64,000 nucleotides of DNA from Polymyxa betae A26-41. Its lineage: Eukaryota > Protista > Endomyxa: Phytomyxea. Below, in pieces: positions 23,072 through 36,890 of this stretch (its first letter is position 1; each line of letters opens with the position of its first letter). Both the position numbers and the translations under genes were made by a program. Location: assembly GCA_003693705.1 (NCBI GenBank), contig RBZT01000146.1:58635-122634 (forward strand), in the 5' to 3' direction. The notes beneath the pieces were generated by a model. It saw only the letters and a list, made by a program, of their open reading frames with translations. It was not told the origin of the DNA and made no database searches.

Positions 23072-25871
23072 ATGGAAGATATCGGGGAGCCGTCGTCCGA
23101 TGTGGCTGCCTTGACGACGATAGTGGAAGGCGGCGGGGTCTTAAGCCCAGCGATCAAGGCGGTGCTGGATCGAGAAATGACGGCGTCGTATGAAGGCGTG
23201 ATTCGGGCCCATATTCGACAGAAGGATGGAATGATCGCCCGATTATGTTCAGCTCATTATCAGGAATTTATCAGCTCGATTGATTCATTGGTGACACTGA
23301 AAACCGATATTCGCTCGTTGGATGAGCAGATCCGACAAGTTAATGACGATGTCCAAAGCAGCGGCCGAGAACTGATTGACGTCGCCAATCAGCTGTTAGA
23401 CTGGAGACGTGCCAGGCATGCGATGAAGAAGACGAAGTGCCTGCTGACGATCTGCAGTCGGGCCTTGGAATCGATCGCGAAAGCTCAATCAGCCGCGAAT
23501 CAGGGCCAGCTGATGAACGCGCTGAAATCCGTTGGAAGCGCCGAACGGGCGCTGCATGGTGTGATCCCTGGATCGTCTCCGGTTTCGACGATTATTTTGG
23601 GGAAGATGATTCCCGCTACCGTGAATGGAATCAAGCAGAGAGTTTGTACTGATGCTGATACATGGATGCTACAAGCACAGTCGAAAGCACCACAGATAGG
23701 AGCCTGGGCCATATTAAACATGGAGAAACGAATTCGCCAAGAGATGGCCAAAGAATCGAAACGCCATCGCGAGCGCATGCGGCAGCTGTATTTTCAGGTG
23801 CAGAAAATGCAGTTCTGTTGCACTTAGGAGCTCATCATTGATCAGGGCGATGAAGCCGAGCGTGATGCTACAAATCTGAGCTCGGCTGTCAGCGATGTGG
23901 TTGATATCGATTCGGGCGTCCCTGATGAAGACTTGTTCGAACGGATCGCCTTCGAATTCAACACCGTTTATCAGGCTCTTCATATCTATGAGAGCCTGAA
24001 CATCCCTCTCGAGTTCTCTCAATATTACACTGATAACAGGTCCGCTCAAATCACAAAAGTTTGTTGGTCACCGGTTTCGTACACAGATTTTGACTTTTTT
24101 TCCAGATGTTGGAATATTCAGCTCCCGCGAGTCCAAAACAGCTGTTAGACAGCATCTCGCCTTACTTTGCTCGAATTGCAGGGTTCTTCATTATCGAGGA
24201 TAGCGCTCTAAAGTCTGGCAATGCCCTGATGCCAAGGTACTGCATATAGTTTATGTCGTCATCATTCTCTCTGATCGATCAGGGCTACTATGGCATCTCT
24301 TTGGGATATGGCCATATCGTCGATCAAAGTCGCGTTGAACGACGACTTAATCGGTTTGATGACGAGCGGGGAGATTCTCGACCTGAAACATCAAATTATT
24401 CTATTCTGGCGAACAATGTCACAATTTGGCCTAACGAGCGCTCCACTAATCTCGTATATCGCTTCTCATCGTGATAAATACGAAGAAGTGCTTGTAGGCA
24501 CATTCAGGACAGATTTAGGTCGGCTTAGGCAGGCGTCCTTTTGCTATTTTCTTATCTCATTACAGAGGCTATATTCGCCAAAGAAAAGTACGAGCCGATG
24601 ACAGTTAATAATGCTGAAGAATATCGCAAATCGGTGTTATCATTTGGACTGGAGTAATACGTGCTATAATGATATATTGCTCGTTATTAATTGCATAGCA
24701 GGCCTGCCGATGTCAAAAACAGACCAAATGAATTTCCTCTTAGTGTGCCTTTCTCTTCTACTGTGCCCAAGATCGGCAAGCTTATGAAACATTTCATTGC
24801 CGACTATTTCGCTGTATGTCGTTTGCTTTGTTATTCGATTTTCCTGGATAAGATGGGTAACAGTTTGCTGCTTCGGTTCCAGACATGTTCAGCCATATCC
24901 GAGAATGTATTGATGACCTGCTATTGAACGATGTCAATGCGAAATTAAACTCGATTCTGGATGGTGATCAGGGAAGCCTCAATGTTAGTCCTGAATTATT
25001 CATTTAACGGTGTTGGATGTTCCTAAATGTCATAGGTCTCGCAAGCTGTCCAGATTGCAGTAAATGCAGACGCTTTCGTCGGTTTATGCACCTTCTGGGA
25101 GCGGCTAACAATGGTTTACTTGGACCCGAAGTACTACATACAGCCGTTCTCTCTCAACGCCAAGATCGCTTTCTCTGATACAAGGACACGTGGTGAGGAC
25201 TCAATTTTCGAGGTGAGCGTTTATTGCAGCGATGTCGCATCCGATCTCATTTTTTTAAGGTCATCGAAAGGAAGATCAAAGATATGCTGGAGCTTCTGGC
25301 AGGCTCTATTGATTGGTGTCCTCAGATTGTACAGACAGGTCCATGTGATACTGTACAGATGCTTGTATCATTCCTCGAGACAATCATGAACTGCACCCAA
25401 TATATGCCAGCGAGTGTTCGGACAACGGTCCATTTCGCGTCATGCCGCTCCATTACCAGGATTCTGGTACAATTCGCTAGCGAAGCTGAGAAAATCAATG
25501 TCCTAGCTATGTATAATCTGGAGCAAGACGTTCGCCATCTGGAAAGCTATGCCGCCAAGACCGCCATTCCCAATCTTCATGAGGCGTTCGCTCAGATTCG
25601 CCAGCTCATTGGGATATTCTTGATTATCAATCCCGAACAGCTTCTGGAAGATAACGTTCGCCAGACGAAATTTCCTCTGATTTCTGCACATAAAATGGCG
25701 GGCTTTCTTGACAAGTAAGTCGGCCAATGTTGTTTACAGGCGCTTACGATTGATAAATTTTCCAGATTCAAAGAGACGCCTTTTTTGAGTTTAGTCCCAC
25801 CAGATCTGCCCAGGCATTCGAAGAAAATCATGGAATCTGTTGCCAAGAAGCTTCGAAGCTTGTCATATTAA
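23072..25871 (+). CDS. SEC15: Exocyst complex component Sec15/EXOC6, multi-exon
   Basis: IARLCSAHYQEFISSIDSL; FNTVYQALHIYESL..FSQYYTDNRSAQ; IAGFFIIED; LWDMAISSI; PFSSTVP; FAQIRQLIGIF. Confidence 0.92.
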
Positions 25872-26044
25872 ACCTAATTATTCTTGAACGCAATTTGCCA
25901 CTTTGTTAGGGTAGAAGGCAAAACAATCCAAAATACGGTAGTGAGGGTGTTCTAGCTTTAGGCGATTGGTTTCTTTTTCATTTGAGCAGTTGTATTGAGT
26001 TCAGTGAATTGGCCCGTATATGGTACCTGACTTTTAAGGATTCG

Positions 26045-27024
<980 letters not shown>

Positions 27025-27127
27025 AGATTAAAAGATAGATTATCTCAGATCGTGCCCAAAGAATCCAGCAGAAGATCTTTTATAGCTGGACTCACTACCC
27101 GATCTAAAAGTGCAACTGGAACATTTA

Positions 27128-28405
27128 TTATACCTTAAACATTACTTTGATAGCACCATCGCGGCCGGTTGAAGCAATCTCGAATCCTTGACGAAGAGCG
27201 GATTCATCCGAAAGGGCGTGCAGATCGAATCTGTGTGTAATCAGAGGGCGTACGTCGAACTTTCCCTGGGCTTGCAAATGAATGCATGTCGGATATGTAT
27301 TGCGATACTAAAAACAGCATGATCAATATAACGAATCACCAAAAACTGAAATCCTGACCCGAAATACACCTCGAAGATCAACTTGGCGACAAGCAGCATC
27401 AATCAACGGTAGGCGAACCTCGTCCGAACCCATTCCAACCAGTACGACGCTGCCTCCGCTTGTGGTCGAACCGATCGCTGTTCGGATCGCGGATTCGAAC
27501 CCGCAGCAGTCGATGCTGATTGAGAACTGGACGAATCGCTTTAAACAAATTGGCATCTTCAACATTCAGCTTCATACATGTTCGCCATGATTGCCTGCGA
27601 TAAGCTCTGCAACAATGTCAGCTTCGCTTCGGTTCGACACGTTAACGACCGTATCGGCTCCGAGCTTCTTGGCAAACCTCAAGCGTTCCTTCCAAAGTTC
27701 AGAAGCGAAAACAAAACGTAGATGGCTTCATAGAACCTGTGAGACATCGGTGATGGCAATATGACGCGCTCCAAAGGCTCGTGCGACCAGCATCGATACC
27801 AATCCAATTGGGCCAGCACCGAAAATGGCGACAGTTTGCCCTGGACGTAAGCCGGCCCGCTCGCAAGCGTAGACGCCGACCGAAAGCGGCTCGCACATAG
27901 CACCTTGTTCCAGGGTCAGCGACTCCGGCAGGCGATGGCAGAAATCGGCGTCGTGATTCAGATATAGCGTCAGGGAACCATGAACGGGAGGCGTCGCAAA
28001 GAACTGCATGCCCGGACATAGGTTGTACTCGCCCGTCTTGCAGAAATGGCAGCGTCGGCACGGCAGCCCTGGCTCCAGGGCGACTTTATCGCCGACTGCC
28101 AGTGAATCGACGCCAGGGCCAAGAGCGACGACGACGCCGGCGCATTCGTGGCCGATAATCATCGGGGCACGAACAACGAAACTGCCGATGTGGCCGTGCG
28201 ATAAATCTGCAACATCTCGTCAATGATCCAAGACGATGATGAGCAATGAACCTTAACAATGACAATCGGAACCACAAATGCCCAGATTGACAATCTGGAT
28301 CGTGGCCTGGCCGGGTCCGGGGGATGCCGGCACTGGCACATCGACGATCTGCAGGTCATGGGCTTTCATAAGCATTGCTGCTCGGTTCTTGGAGATGGTC
28401 TCCAT
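27128..28405 (-). CDS. SORD: Zn-dependent sorbitol/xylitol dehydrogenase
   Basis: GICGSDCHY; PMIIGHEC; [38 protein letters not shown]; CEPLSVG; GAGPIG; GVFRY; AIKVMF. Confidence 0.93.
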
Positions 28406-28911
28406 AATGCCGGAAATTGACAGTTTCAGGGATCCGGCTTAACGACGTCTTAACGCGAAAAGACGAATGTAGAGGTGCGTCACAGACTGTATCGAAAGTC
28501 TCTTTAAGTAGTTGTTGGCTGCGCTCTGTAAATCTCATGCTGATCTTCGTTACAATCAAGGAATGACCTCATTATCACATTAAAGTAAGGAAATGCTTTC
28601 AGATTGGAATGCTCGTTCGAAACCGTTTGTCAACAACACCTATAACTGAATTCAGTGTTACTATGGCAACGGCGCCGAATACACGCTTTAATGTTGTAGG
28701 AATTTAATAAAGCATGTCCCAGTTATTTAAAACGTTCGGTCTTTACTCCCCACTCCAGGTAAAGGCCGAGGCCGACAGTCAAAAGAGTGCGCTTGATTGA
28801 TCTTGGAACAATGGGGTGACCCACGGCCCCAAGCTGTAGCTTCGCAATCCGACTATGGGCAAGGGTTTTGATCCCATAGCCCATAGGTCATATTTGACTT
28901 GATTGTCTTTC

Positions 28912-30018
28912 ATGGCCATATTACAGCTCGTGGCCATTCTTATCGTGGCTCTATGCGCACAGACGGCAACTAGTGCTGAATCCGACCGTGGCAAAATCAA
29001 GCAGCCCTCTGCCTTCATCAAAGATCGACCCATCCGAAGTCTGGCCGACAGCTCCTGTTGGGCTGACGCCGATGATAACGCACCATTGTTGTTGGACCGC
29101 CTTCGAAGGTCGTTAAAGGATTTCCCAGAGGAATCGTCACAAGAAAACGATGATTCATCTTCCTCAAATGCGACCGAACGTCGTAAAGGCAAGCAGCAGC
29201 CATCCACCACGACCAGGAACAAATCTCACCCCTCTTCGGCGATGTCCCGGGGTGACCAACCTGCTCAATTAGTTTTGTCAAATTCTAGGCCGAATCGACC
29301 GTCCACATTCAAAACTCCTTCTGTTAAGCTGAATCGCGCATTAATGGGAGTTTCGAGAGCCTGTAGAATCACGCAAAAGGTTCTTATACCAGATCCTTGT
29401 CCACCAACGATCTCGATTCCCTATCCGATATTCTTGGAAATTTTTCGTCGGGATCATAAAAGTGTTCCTCATGGGAACATCGAAATAACTGATTTCCCCG
29501 AATCCGCCAAGAAGATTCCGAAGGAGGACCGTTTTAAGTGTCTGGATAGGAACATTGATTTGGGCGCATCAAGGCAGCAGAAAATATCTTGGTGGTTGGA
29601 TCACGATCGCTATGATACTGAAGAAAGGGAAAGACCTTCTGACAACCCGAACCGGGATGTGCTGGCCCCCGAGCAGATCGACAACTTGTTTTCTGAGCGA
29701 ACCAGACTTGCACCTATCAAGCTTCGACGGTCAAGTATCTTCCTGCCCTCTACTTATTTCAAATCGCGCTTCAATGCGTTGATGACGTGCATTGAGAAAG
29801 ATCCTCTTCACGTGAAGCCGTGCTTCCAAGATCGTGCCAATGTGAAAGGGAAAGCTCCAGCTCCTTCGGCAGAACAAGCAGCTCTGATACAAACAAGGGG
29901 AATAAGCTCGGCTTCTGGGTTGAGTCGCGGCAACAGGATGGTGTTTTCGACCAATGGCAGCAGAAATGTCTCTAGACGCCGAATCAAACCGTATGCTATG
30001 TTGAGATCAATGTTGTAA
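28912..30018 (+). CDS. Intronless orphan secreted protein (candidate effector)
   Basis: Signal-peptide-like MAILQLVAILIVALCAQTATSA; long uninterrupted ORF; basic patches ERRKGK and RRRIKP. Confidence 0.75.
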   Translation: MAILQLVAILIVALCAQTATSAESDRGKIKQPSAFIKDRPIRSLADSSCWADADDNAPLLLDRLRRSLKDFPEESSQENDDSSSSNATERRKGKQQPSTTTRNKSHPSSAMSRGDQPAQLVLSNSRPNRPSTFKTPSVKLNRALMGVSRACRITQKVLIPDPCPPTISIPYPIFLEIFRRDHKSVPHGNIEITDFPESAKKIPKEDRFKCLDRNIDLGASRQQKISWWLDHDRYDTEERERPSDNPNRDVLAPEQIDNLFSERTRLAPIKLRRSSIFLPSTYFKSRFNALMTCIEKDPLHVKPCFQDRANVKGKAPAPSAEQAALIQTRGISSASGLSRGNRMVFSTNGSRNVSRRRIKPYAMLRSML

Positions 30019-30452
30019 TTCTGAGGCTGATTTGTTCCTATCAGGCCACCTCAAATTTTGTCCATCAATTGCGAAGCACCATCATCCTGGATGCGTAAAT
30101 ATACCAACTGCTGATTGTCAAACTGTTTAAAGCGCTGCAGAGATTGTGCTAATTTTGTGCCTTTTTTCAGGAAGAAATACATTCTGCCGAAAATTTCCAG
30201 TTGCTTATGAGTTTTTTTCCAGTGGTTATCGTCATTCTACCTTATCTCATGAGAGTACAGTACTGTATGACTGTATATAAAAAGTGTATAAACTGATGTT
30301 TGAGAATCACTTTATCAAAGAGATCTCTGGACTGTTTTCTGCAATTTTTGCGCGACGGCGCAGTTTTTGTTCTGCTCTCACTCACCACGATAACTTCGTA
30401 GTTAAAGTGATTTAGGCTTGGTCGTCAGTTTCGAATTGCTCGATCTCGAGCC

Positions 30453-32062
30453 ATGATCAGCGCCGTCTTGCTGGTCAACATTAAAGGCGAAATAGTCATA
30501 TCTAGGTTTTTCCGCGATGATGTCTCGAAGCTAGACACCGATGCCTTCCGCTTGCGAGTTATCGCCGCCAAAGAAATTACTTTGCCGATTGTCCAGCTAG
30601 GCGATTGCTCGTCGATGTTCATTCGGCATGGAGATCTGCATATTGTTGCAATGACGAAATCGAATTGCTATCCAGCACTTATTTTCGAATACATGTTTAA
30701 GCTTGTGGAGGTTTTCAAGGCATATTTCGGCGGCTCCTTCGACGAAGAGGCGATTCGATCAAATTTCGTTCTGGTGTACGAATTATTGGACGAAACTATG
30801 GATTATGGATTCCCACAGATTCTCTCGGCTTTGAGTCTGAAACAATATATCAAGGCGGCGACCGTCAAGGGCGAGATCACCAGTGATAACTTGGCGCCTG
30901 CTGATAACGCCAAAATCACGTCCGAAATCACAGGCGCCATCGACTGGAGACAACCAGGCAAATATAAATATCGCAAAAACGAGGTATACATCGACGTTTT
31001 GGAAAACGTCAATGTTCTAATGAGCACCGATTGTATGGGACTTTGTTTTGTACTTGATCATCTGCTTAATGGTTTGTTCAGCCACGGTTTTGAGGTCCGA
31101 TGTTAGTGGCAAGATCATATTGAAATGCTATCTGACTGGCATGCCTGAATGCAAATTCGGCATGAATGACAAGCTTGTCTTAGATAAGGAGGCTTCTTCA
31201 AAACCGAGCAACACCAGAAAGTAGGTCTCTCATTTTTCTGCTGTCTGTCAAAATGTGCTAGAGGATTAGATTTTAGTGAAACGTTCTGAATTCACCACTG
31301 ATTTTCTCTTCAGAAGCGGGCAAGGTATTGCAATTGATGACTGCACGTTCCATCGCTGTGTTCGCCTGGGACGCTTCGACACAGACCGTACCATCAGCTT
31401 CGTTCCGCCTGATGGCGAATTTCAGCTCATGTCCTACCGTATCACACAAAACGTCCAGCTGCCATTTTCGATCCTTCCCGTTATCACCGAGCATGGCAAG
31501 TCCAGAGTGTCGTACAGGTTGAACCTATTTTTCGAACGATTTTTTTCTCTGTTTGTTAATTGACTTCGCTTCAGGATTACTCTTAATGGAAGCTTCGATA
31601 AGAACCTCTTTGCTAACAATGTCTGTATGAAGATTCCGTGTCCAAAGAACACTTCCACGCAGACATTCCACGTTGGTCAAGGATCAGCAAAATACGATCC
31701 CGTTAGCAGCATGATCATCTGGAAAATTCGCAAATTTGCCGGCAATGCCAGTTATGTTCTCAATGGCGAAGTCCAACTGAAAGCTCTTCTCGTGGATAAA
31801 CCATGGCAACGACCCCCTATCTGTCTGGAATTCCAGGTCGGTATTTTCAGCTGAGTTTGATTTTCGTCTCTTTTTCGGACGTTTTTCTCGTAGTTTTGGA
31901 ATCTTTGTTTTGCAAGTTGCTGACTGCAATCAGGTAAATATGTATACTGCAAGTGGTTTGCAGGTGCGATTTCTTAAAGTAGTTGAAAAGAAGAACAGCT
32001 ATCCTACTGTCAAATTGGTTCGATATGTGACAAAAAATGGATCATATCAGATTCGAATCTAA
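30453..32062 (+). CDS. AP2M1: AP-2 adaptor complex mu subunit
   Basis: [24 protein letters not shown]; [19 protein letters not shown]; [10 protein letters not shown]; [12 protein letters not shown]; [29 protein letters not shown]; [10 protein letters not shown]; YQIRI*. Confidence 0.96.
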
Positions 32063-32853
32063 ACAAATACGAAGCTCCCGTTCCTTTGGATCGCACATAT
32101 AACAACATCGTTATTGTACTATATAAATATTAACAAACTCGGTTCTCCACTTCCTGCGTCTCTGCTAATCTGCCATATCTAGGTAGGCTATATGGATGAT
32201 ATTACACCAGCTTTTTCCAGGTAAAATGGCTCACACTGTTCGCCCTCATATTTAGATCTTCCACTCGTTTGCTACATTTTAATCAATTGTATTGCTTCTG
32301 TTACAAAATCTCAGTAGATAACACATTTGCATCCTCGTGTCAGAAAATAACTCGTTCATGCATCATGGGCTCATGGTCTCCCACCCGTTCCACGACAGCT
32401 TCGACATAAATGGCGGTTGATCAAACCTCATCGCAGAAAATCCGATTTTGGAGTAACATTTACATGTCAAACCAGCATGTATCGGATCCGTGATCTTACA
32501 ATTTTCAGACATAAACATTGTTAGGCTTTGTTCGATTTATGCCTTATTAGATTGTTAACTTCGCAAATTTTCATTAGCTTTAATGGCTTGCGATATAGCA
32601 GAGCTGGACCACTCATTCATCGCCACTGTCAACATAGTGCTATAACTGACAAGAGAGCTTGCGGGATCTAAATGCTGCAGCGATTAGCAAATATAATGGT
32701 TGAGCCGATGTTAGCCTTAAAACGCATCGTGATGCATTCCTTATCATTAAAAAAACCGACAACCGCCAGATCTCTGTTGGAGGGTTTGATCGAGATCGCT
32801 ACCTGAAACTGCACCAGGATTTTTTCTCGCAAAGTGATATCTCTATAAGAAGG

Positions 32854-34952
32854 ATGGCGCCAGCATATATTGCTTTCCTAATAGCATTAGCAGCATCAGT
32901 AAGAGATGATTCTAACATTGGAAAATGGACAGCATCAGCATGGTCACGATGCTCGTCGCCTTGTGGGCCTGGAACTGCTTATCGGCACGTTGAATGTCGC
33001 TCACAGATTACAAACCAGATCTTACCGCATGAAGGATGCTCTGCTCCTAAGCCACCTACAAAAAAATTCTGTTCGTCGCTCGAATGTCAATGGGGCTGTA
33101 CGCTGAAATCTGTGAAGCCAGTGTGCTTAGCTGCGTCTTTAAAACAGGTCAAAAAGGCAGTCATGGACAGGTTGGTTGCATGACATGATATCTACAGGTT
33201 CCAGATGATTTCTGTAATATGCAGAAGCATCCCGGCAACTTCACTGACGATTTTATCTGCCCATATGGACATGTAGAATTATGGCAGCCGCTGGATCTTC
33301 GTTCTAGTCACGATGGTCAGTCAGAATCGTCGTCATTTTCTTGGATGATTCTCTCGCCATGGTCGTCTTGCTCGCCCCATTGCGGATCGAATCGATTCTC
33401 ATGGCGCCACGTCGCTTGTGTCGACAGCACCGGCGGCATCGTCGATGACACCTTTTGCTCTGGGTCGGCACCGTCCGATCGCCGGTCGTGCCCTGGGACA
33501 ATCGAATGCTCAGTCCAGCATGGTCGATGTCGGCCAAACGATGGCAATGACGTTGCCGACTACTGGTGCTTCAACAAAACAGGTAATAACATTATGAGAG
33601 ATGGTTTATTTGTTACTCTTCGTCTTGTCGCTTCTTGAGCGGCCTCTCCACATGTCAGAATTTTGGCAGGCATTAGGGTTTTATCATTCAGAAACTTTAT
33701 TCGCCATTTGATGATGTGGTAAAGTCTTTTTATTCTCTTTGAATGTTTCCGTTCTTTCAGGCTGCCGCTTCGTTTACACAGCGCCGGCAACTGTTCCATT
33801 TCAACCATCTGAGTGCTGTAATGACGAATCCTAATAGGCCTGAACAGCTGGAGAATCGAATCCGATTGGTCGCCGTGCTCCATCCCAACGTGGTTAATGA
33901 CGACTCGGCGCGTCTATTGTCGAGACCCTCCTTGCGAACCATCAGATCGACCCAGCAATATCCAATCATGCGCCTTATTGCCGCCCTTAACCTACCAGCT
34001 GGTTAGCTCAGACGAAGCGCCCCTCTGCACCAACGCCTGCGGCCCCGGCGTCATCTCCAATCCATACCAATGTCGCTTCCAAAACTTGGATCTCGATGAT
34101 GAATATTGCCAAGCTGCAGGTCGTCATTACTTTTTTTGGTTTCGTTTACATCGTTCGTTGTCGCCGTCACATTGTTGGGTTTCTGCTTTCATTTCTGCCA
34201 TTGCAGATTTAACCGAACAATAGGTGTCCCCGATCCGGTCCCAATTCCTTGTAAAACTCAGACCTGCATGTCGTCGAAGCCCTGCGATCTCCATGCTCGG
34301 TTGAACATCTCGATTCCGCCCGGTGCCTTTGCAAACGATGACCAGATTCGGTTGCAGCTTGAGCTCGATCTGAAAGCGGCGCTGCCGAACGCAACCAGCG
34401 TCTTGGTTTCTGTGATTCGACCTATTGCTGCTGACGACGTCGAGGCTGAGTTCTCGGTGTCATGCATGGATGGCTCCGTCTCGGCTGCCGACTCGATCGA
34501 GATGCAAATGTCGGACCCCGGCAGCGCTTTTCGTCGCGGTGTTGTCACGCGAGGCAGCAACCAGCACCTTGAGATTTTCGCATTTCAGCAGCCGGCGCCG
34601 GTATCATCCCAGGACGCCATGCAAAAGGTGTCGTCGGACGATCCAATTTATAGTAGGAGCGTATTTGCATAAGTCTATCAGCTTTGCTGAAATTTTTGTG
34701 AAAGCATTCAAAATGGCGACGCTTTATATCGCGTTGGCGGTATTCGTTGCCGTCTTCGTTGTGATCCGATACGGTGTTCGAAGGGCGGCCGCCAAGGCCA
34801 AGATCCAGCCCCCAATCAATACGATGTTTTCAGTGAACGAATTGGACCCATACACAGCTCAAGCAACAGCCAATCTCAAGTCTCAATCGCAAACCGTTGT
34901 TCCGGGAACGCGTCGAAATTCCATCACTGTTCCCGGGCCGTCTGGATCATGA
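32854..34952 (+). CDS. Type I membrane protein with ~4 thrombospondin type-1 (ADAMTS-like) repeats
   Basis: Signal peptide; WTASAWSRCSSPCGPG..RHVEC; WSSCSPHCGS..RHVAC; WSPCS..RRVYC; CTNACGPG; TM LYIALAVFVAVFVVI followed by RYGVRR. Confidence 0.88.
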
Positions 34953-35169
34953 ATGAATAAATTGCTAGCAGTATATAGCCGAATCTTGTGCATCCGATAT
35001 CCCGTTGATAGCACGTCTTCATTTGAGAAAAGCAAATCAGTTTTGAATTTGTGTCGTTAGAGAGGATCGACCATTGCCTGAAGAGACATCTCGGAGACCA
35101 AGGTGCCGATTTCCTGACGACAGCCGATGCGTTGCGAATTACCGGAGGCTATGACGATCGGATCTTACT

Positions 35170-36721
35170 TCAGCATCTCTCTTTCACACAATCTGGCCTA
35201 CCGCCATTATGCTGAAGATCTTCAAAAAGATTTTCGCGATCATCCGTTGACAAAATCAACAAACAAGTATATCCAATCCAATCCAATCCATTTTCGCGAT
35301 CGTAGTTTTGGCATGCTTCACGGAGAGCAATGGGGCAAACCTGTGCATCGGCGTCGGAATGACGACATTAGGAACCGTATTGATTAGGATATTGGCCATG
35401 CTGTTGGACAAAAACGAGACATTCAATCAGCTTCTGTGTTCCATAAGCGTTTAGACCTACTGCAACTCTGAGATGTTTATCGGGGAGTGCCGATTTGGGT
35501 AGCGAGCATTTTGCACTTGTCAACCACCTTATGGCTATCGTCAATGTAATATCAGCTGTAGCAACTTTGTTTGTGGTACTGATTTGTACAAATGCAATTA
35601 GAGCTGCAATCCATAGTTTTATTTAGGTGTTTTCGATAAGAAAAGTTTGCAAAAGATGCAAGTTGCTTTCTGTGCCTGATCAATTGACGCCATAGTTTCG
35701 GGAAAAGATACGCCGAATCACAACGAAAATACGGGAGTGCCGTAGTGCATGGCCTGCTGACTCCATCTTGAACGAATTGATTTCAGGTTTTCGCCGTGTT
35801 AAGAGAAAATCAGTCAGTTGGTTGGAGCGGATTGACAGTTAATAATTCGCAGGGCTTGTCATAATAGGCGTCAGCAACCCCTGTAAACCCTCATCGAAAT
35901 CGACAAGACTGCCCAATGAGTGCTATCAAGAATATATCTGATTGAAGTGGTCTGGCGGCGCTTCTGTTGAAGGATTGTGTCTCTATGTCCTATCTATTTA
36001 TAGGGCTTGTTGGAAATTCAAAATTGTATTCAACGTGCGACACTGCGACTGTAGCAGCTTCGCTGCCTTCGCACAAAACTGACTCCGGTTGCATGTTATC
36101 CGAGGGCGCAGCCCATCGCCCTGTCTCCGTGACTACAGTCACCGTCACCTGACGAAGGAGCTCTGTCGGACTCATTCTACTATCGTTTGCTTTTTCAACC
36201 ATCAAGACAGTGCGAGCTCCTCTATCATTGCATAGCTCTCAGACGTTTGGGTTTCTTCCATCCCATCCAGCCTGAAACCACTATGCTACATATTGCCTAT
36301 GCATGGCATCCAATAGCCGCGTTATCCTTTCATTCTATGTGAATGCGGTTACACGACATGCGACATTTTGCCTCCTCTATCAGAAAGCATATCCATAACG
36401 GTTGTTTGAATTCTCCTCCACTCCATTCAACCTGTCTGTTATGCAAAATTATCGTTCACAAGCACTTAGGTAAGCGCCTAGATATGTATCGGCGACTATC
36501 TTTCAAGTTGTGACACATTCTTTCATTGGCATATCCTGCGGTATCTGAAGTTGTTTTCACTTCATTTAACCTGAAATGATGTGCAAGATTGAGATTCACA
36601 AAACATTGGTTGAATCATCGCTGTGATCATCGCGGTGATCTTTCTCGTTGTGTGACATCTTTTCACCAATTAGCAAATATTGAGCCTGCGATGCTTCAGA
36701 TACATCTCGTTGGAAATTCAT
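35170..36721 (-). pseudogene. Degenerate or orphan spliced gene containing tandem exon-like repeats
   Basis: Exon-like segments bounded by GT..AG (MNFQRDVSEASQAQ... to ...RPDCVKERC*), but in-frame stops remain in middle segments. Confidence 0.3.
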
Positions 36722-36890
36722 GAAGTCTTAGCTGTAAACGTCTAGGTCAAGACTTTCTTTTCCAACTGGAACCGGGAAGTGATAAAATACTAAATGCGAT
36801 GACTTGTTTGGTAGAATTCAAGATCGGCGTAGTTTCTGGAAGTCTTTTCAAGGTGGAAGACGCCACATGATATGCATAAAATGGATTCAT

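Noticed and set aside
29085-29160. Canonical RxLR-dEER motif
   Set aside because: The sequence is DRLRRSLK, which does not match R-x-L-R. Kept only as a loose resemblance.
35271-35290. (ATCCA)4 microsatellite as a functional element
   Set aside because: Too short to be distinguished from ordinary slippage.
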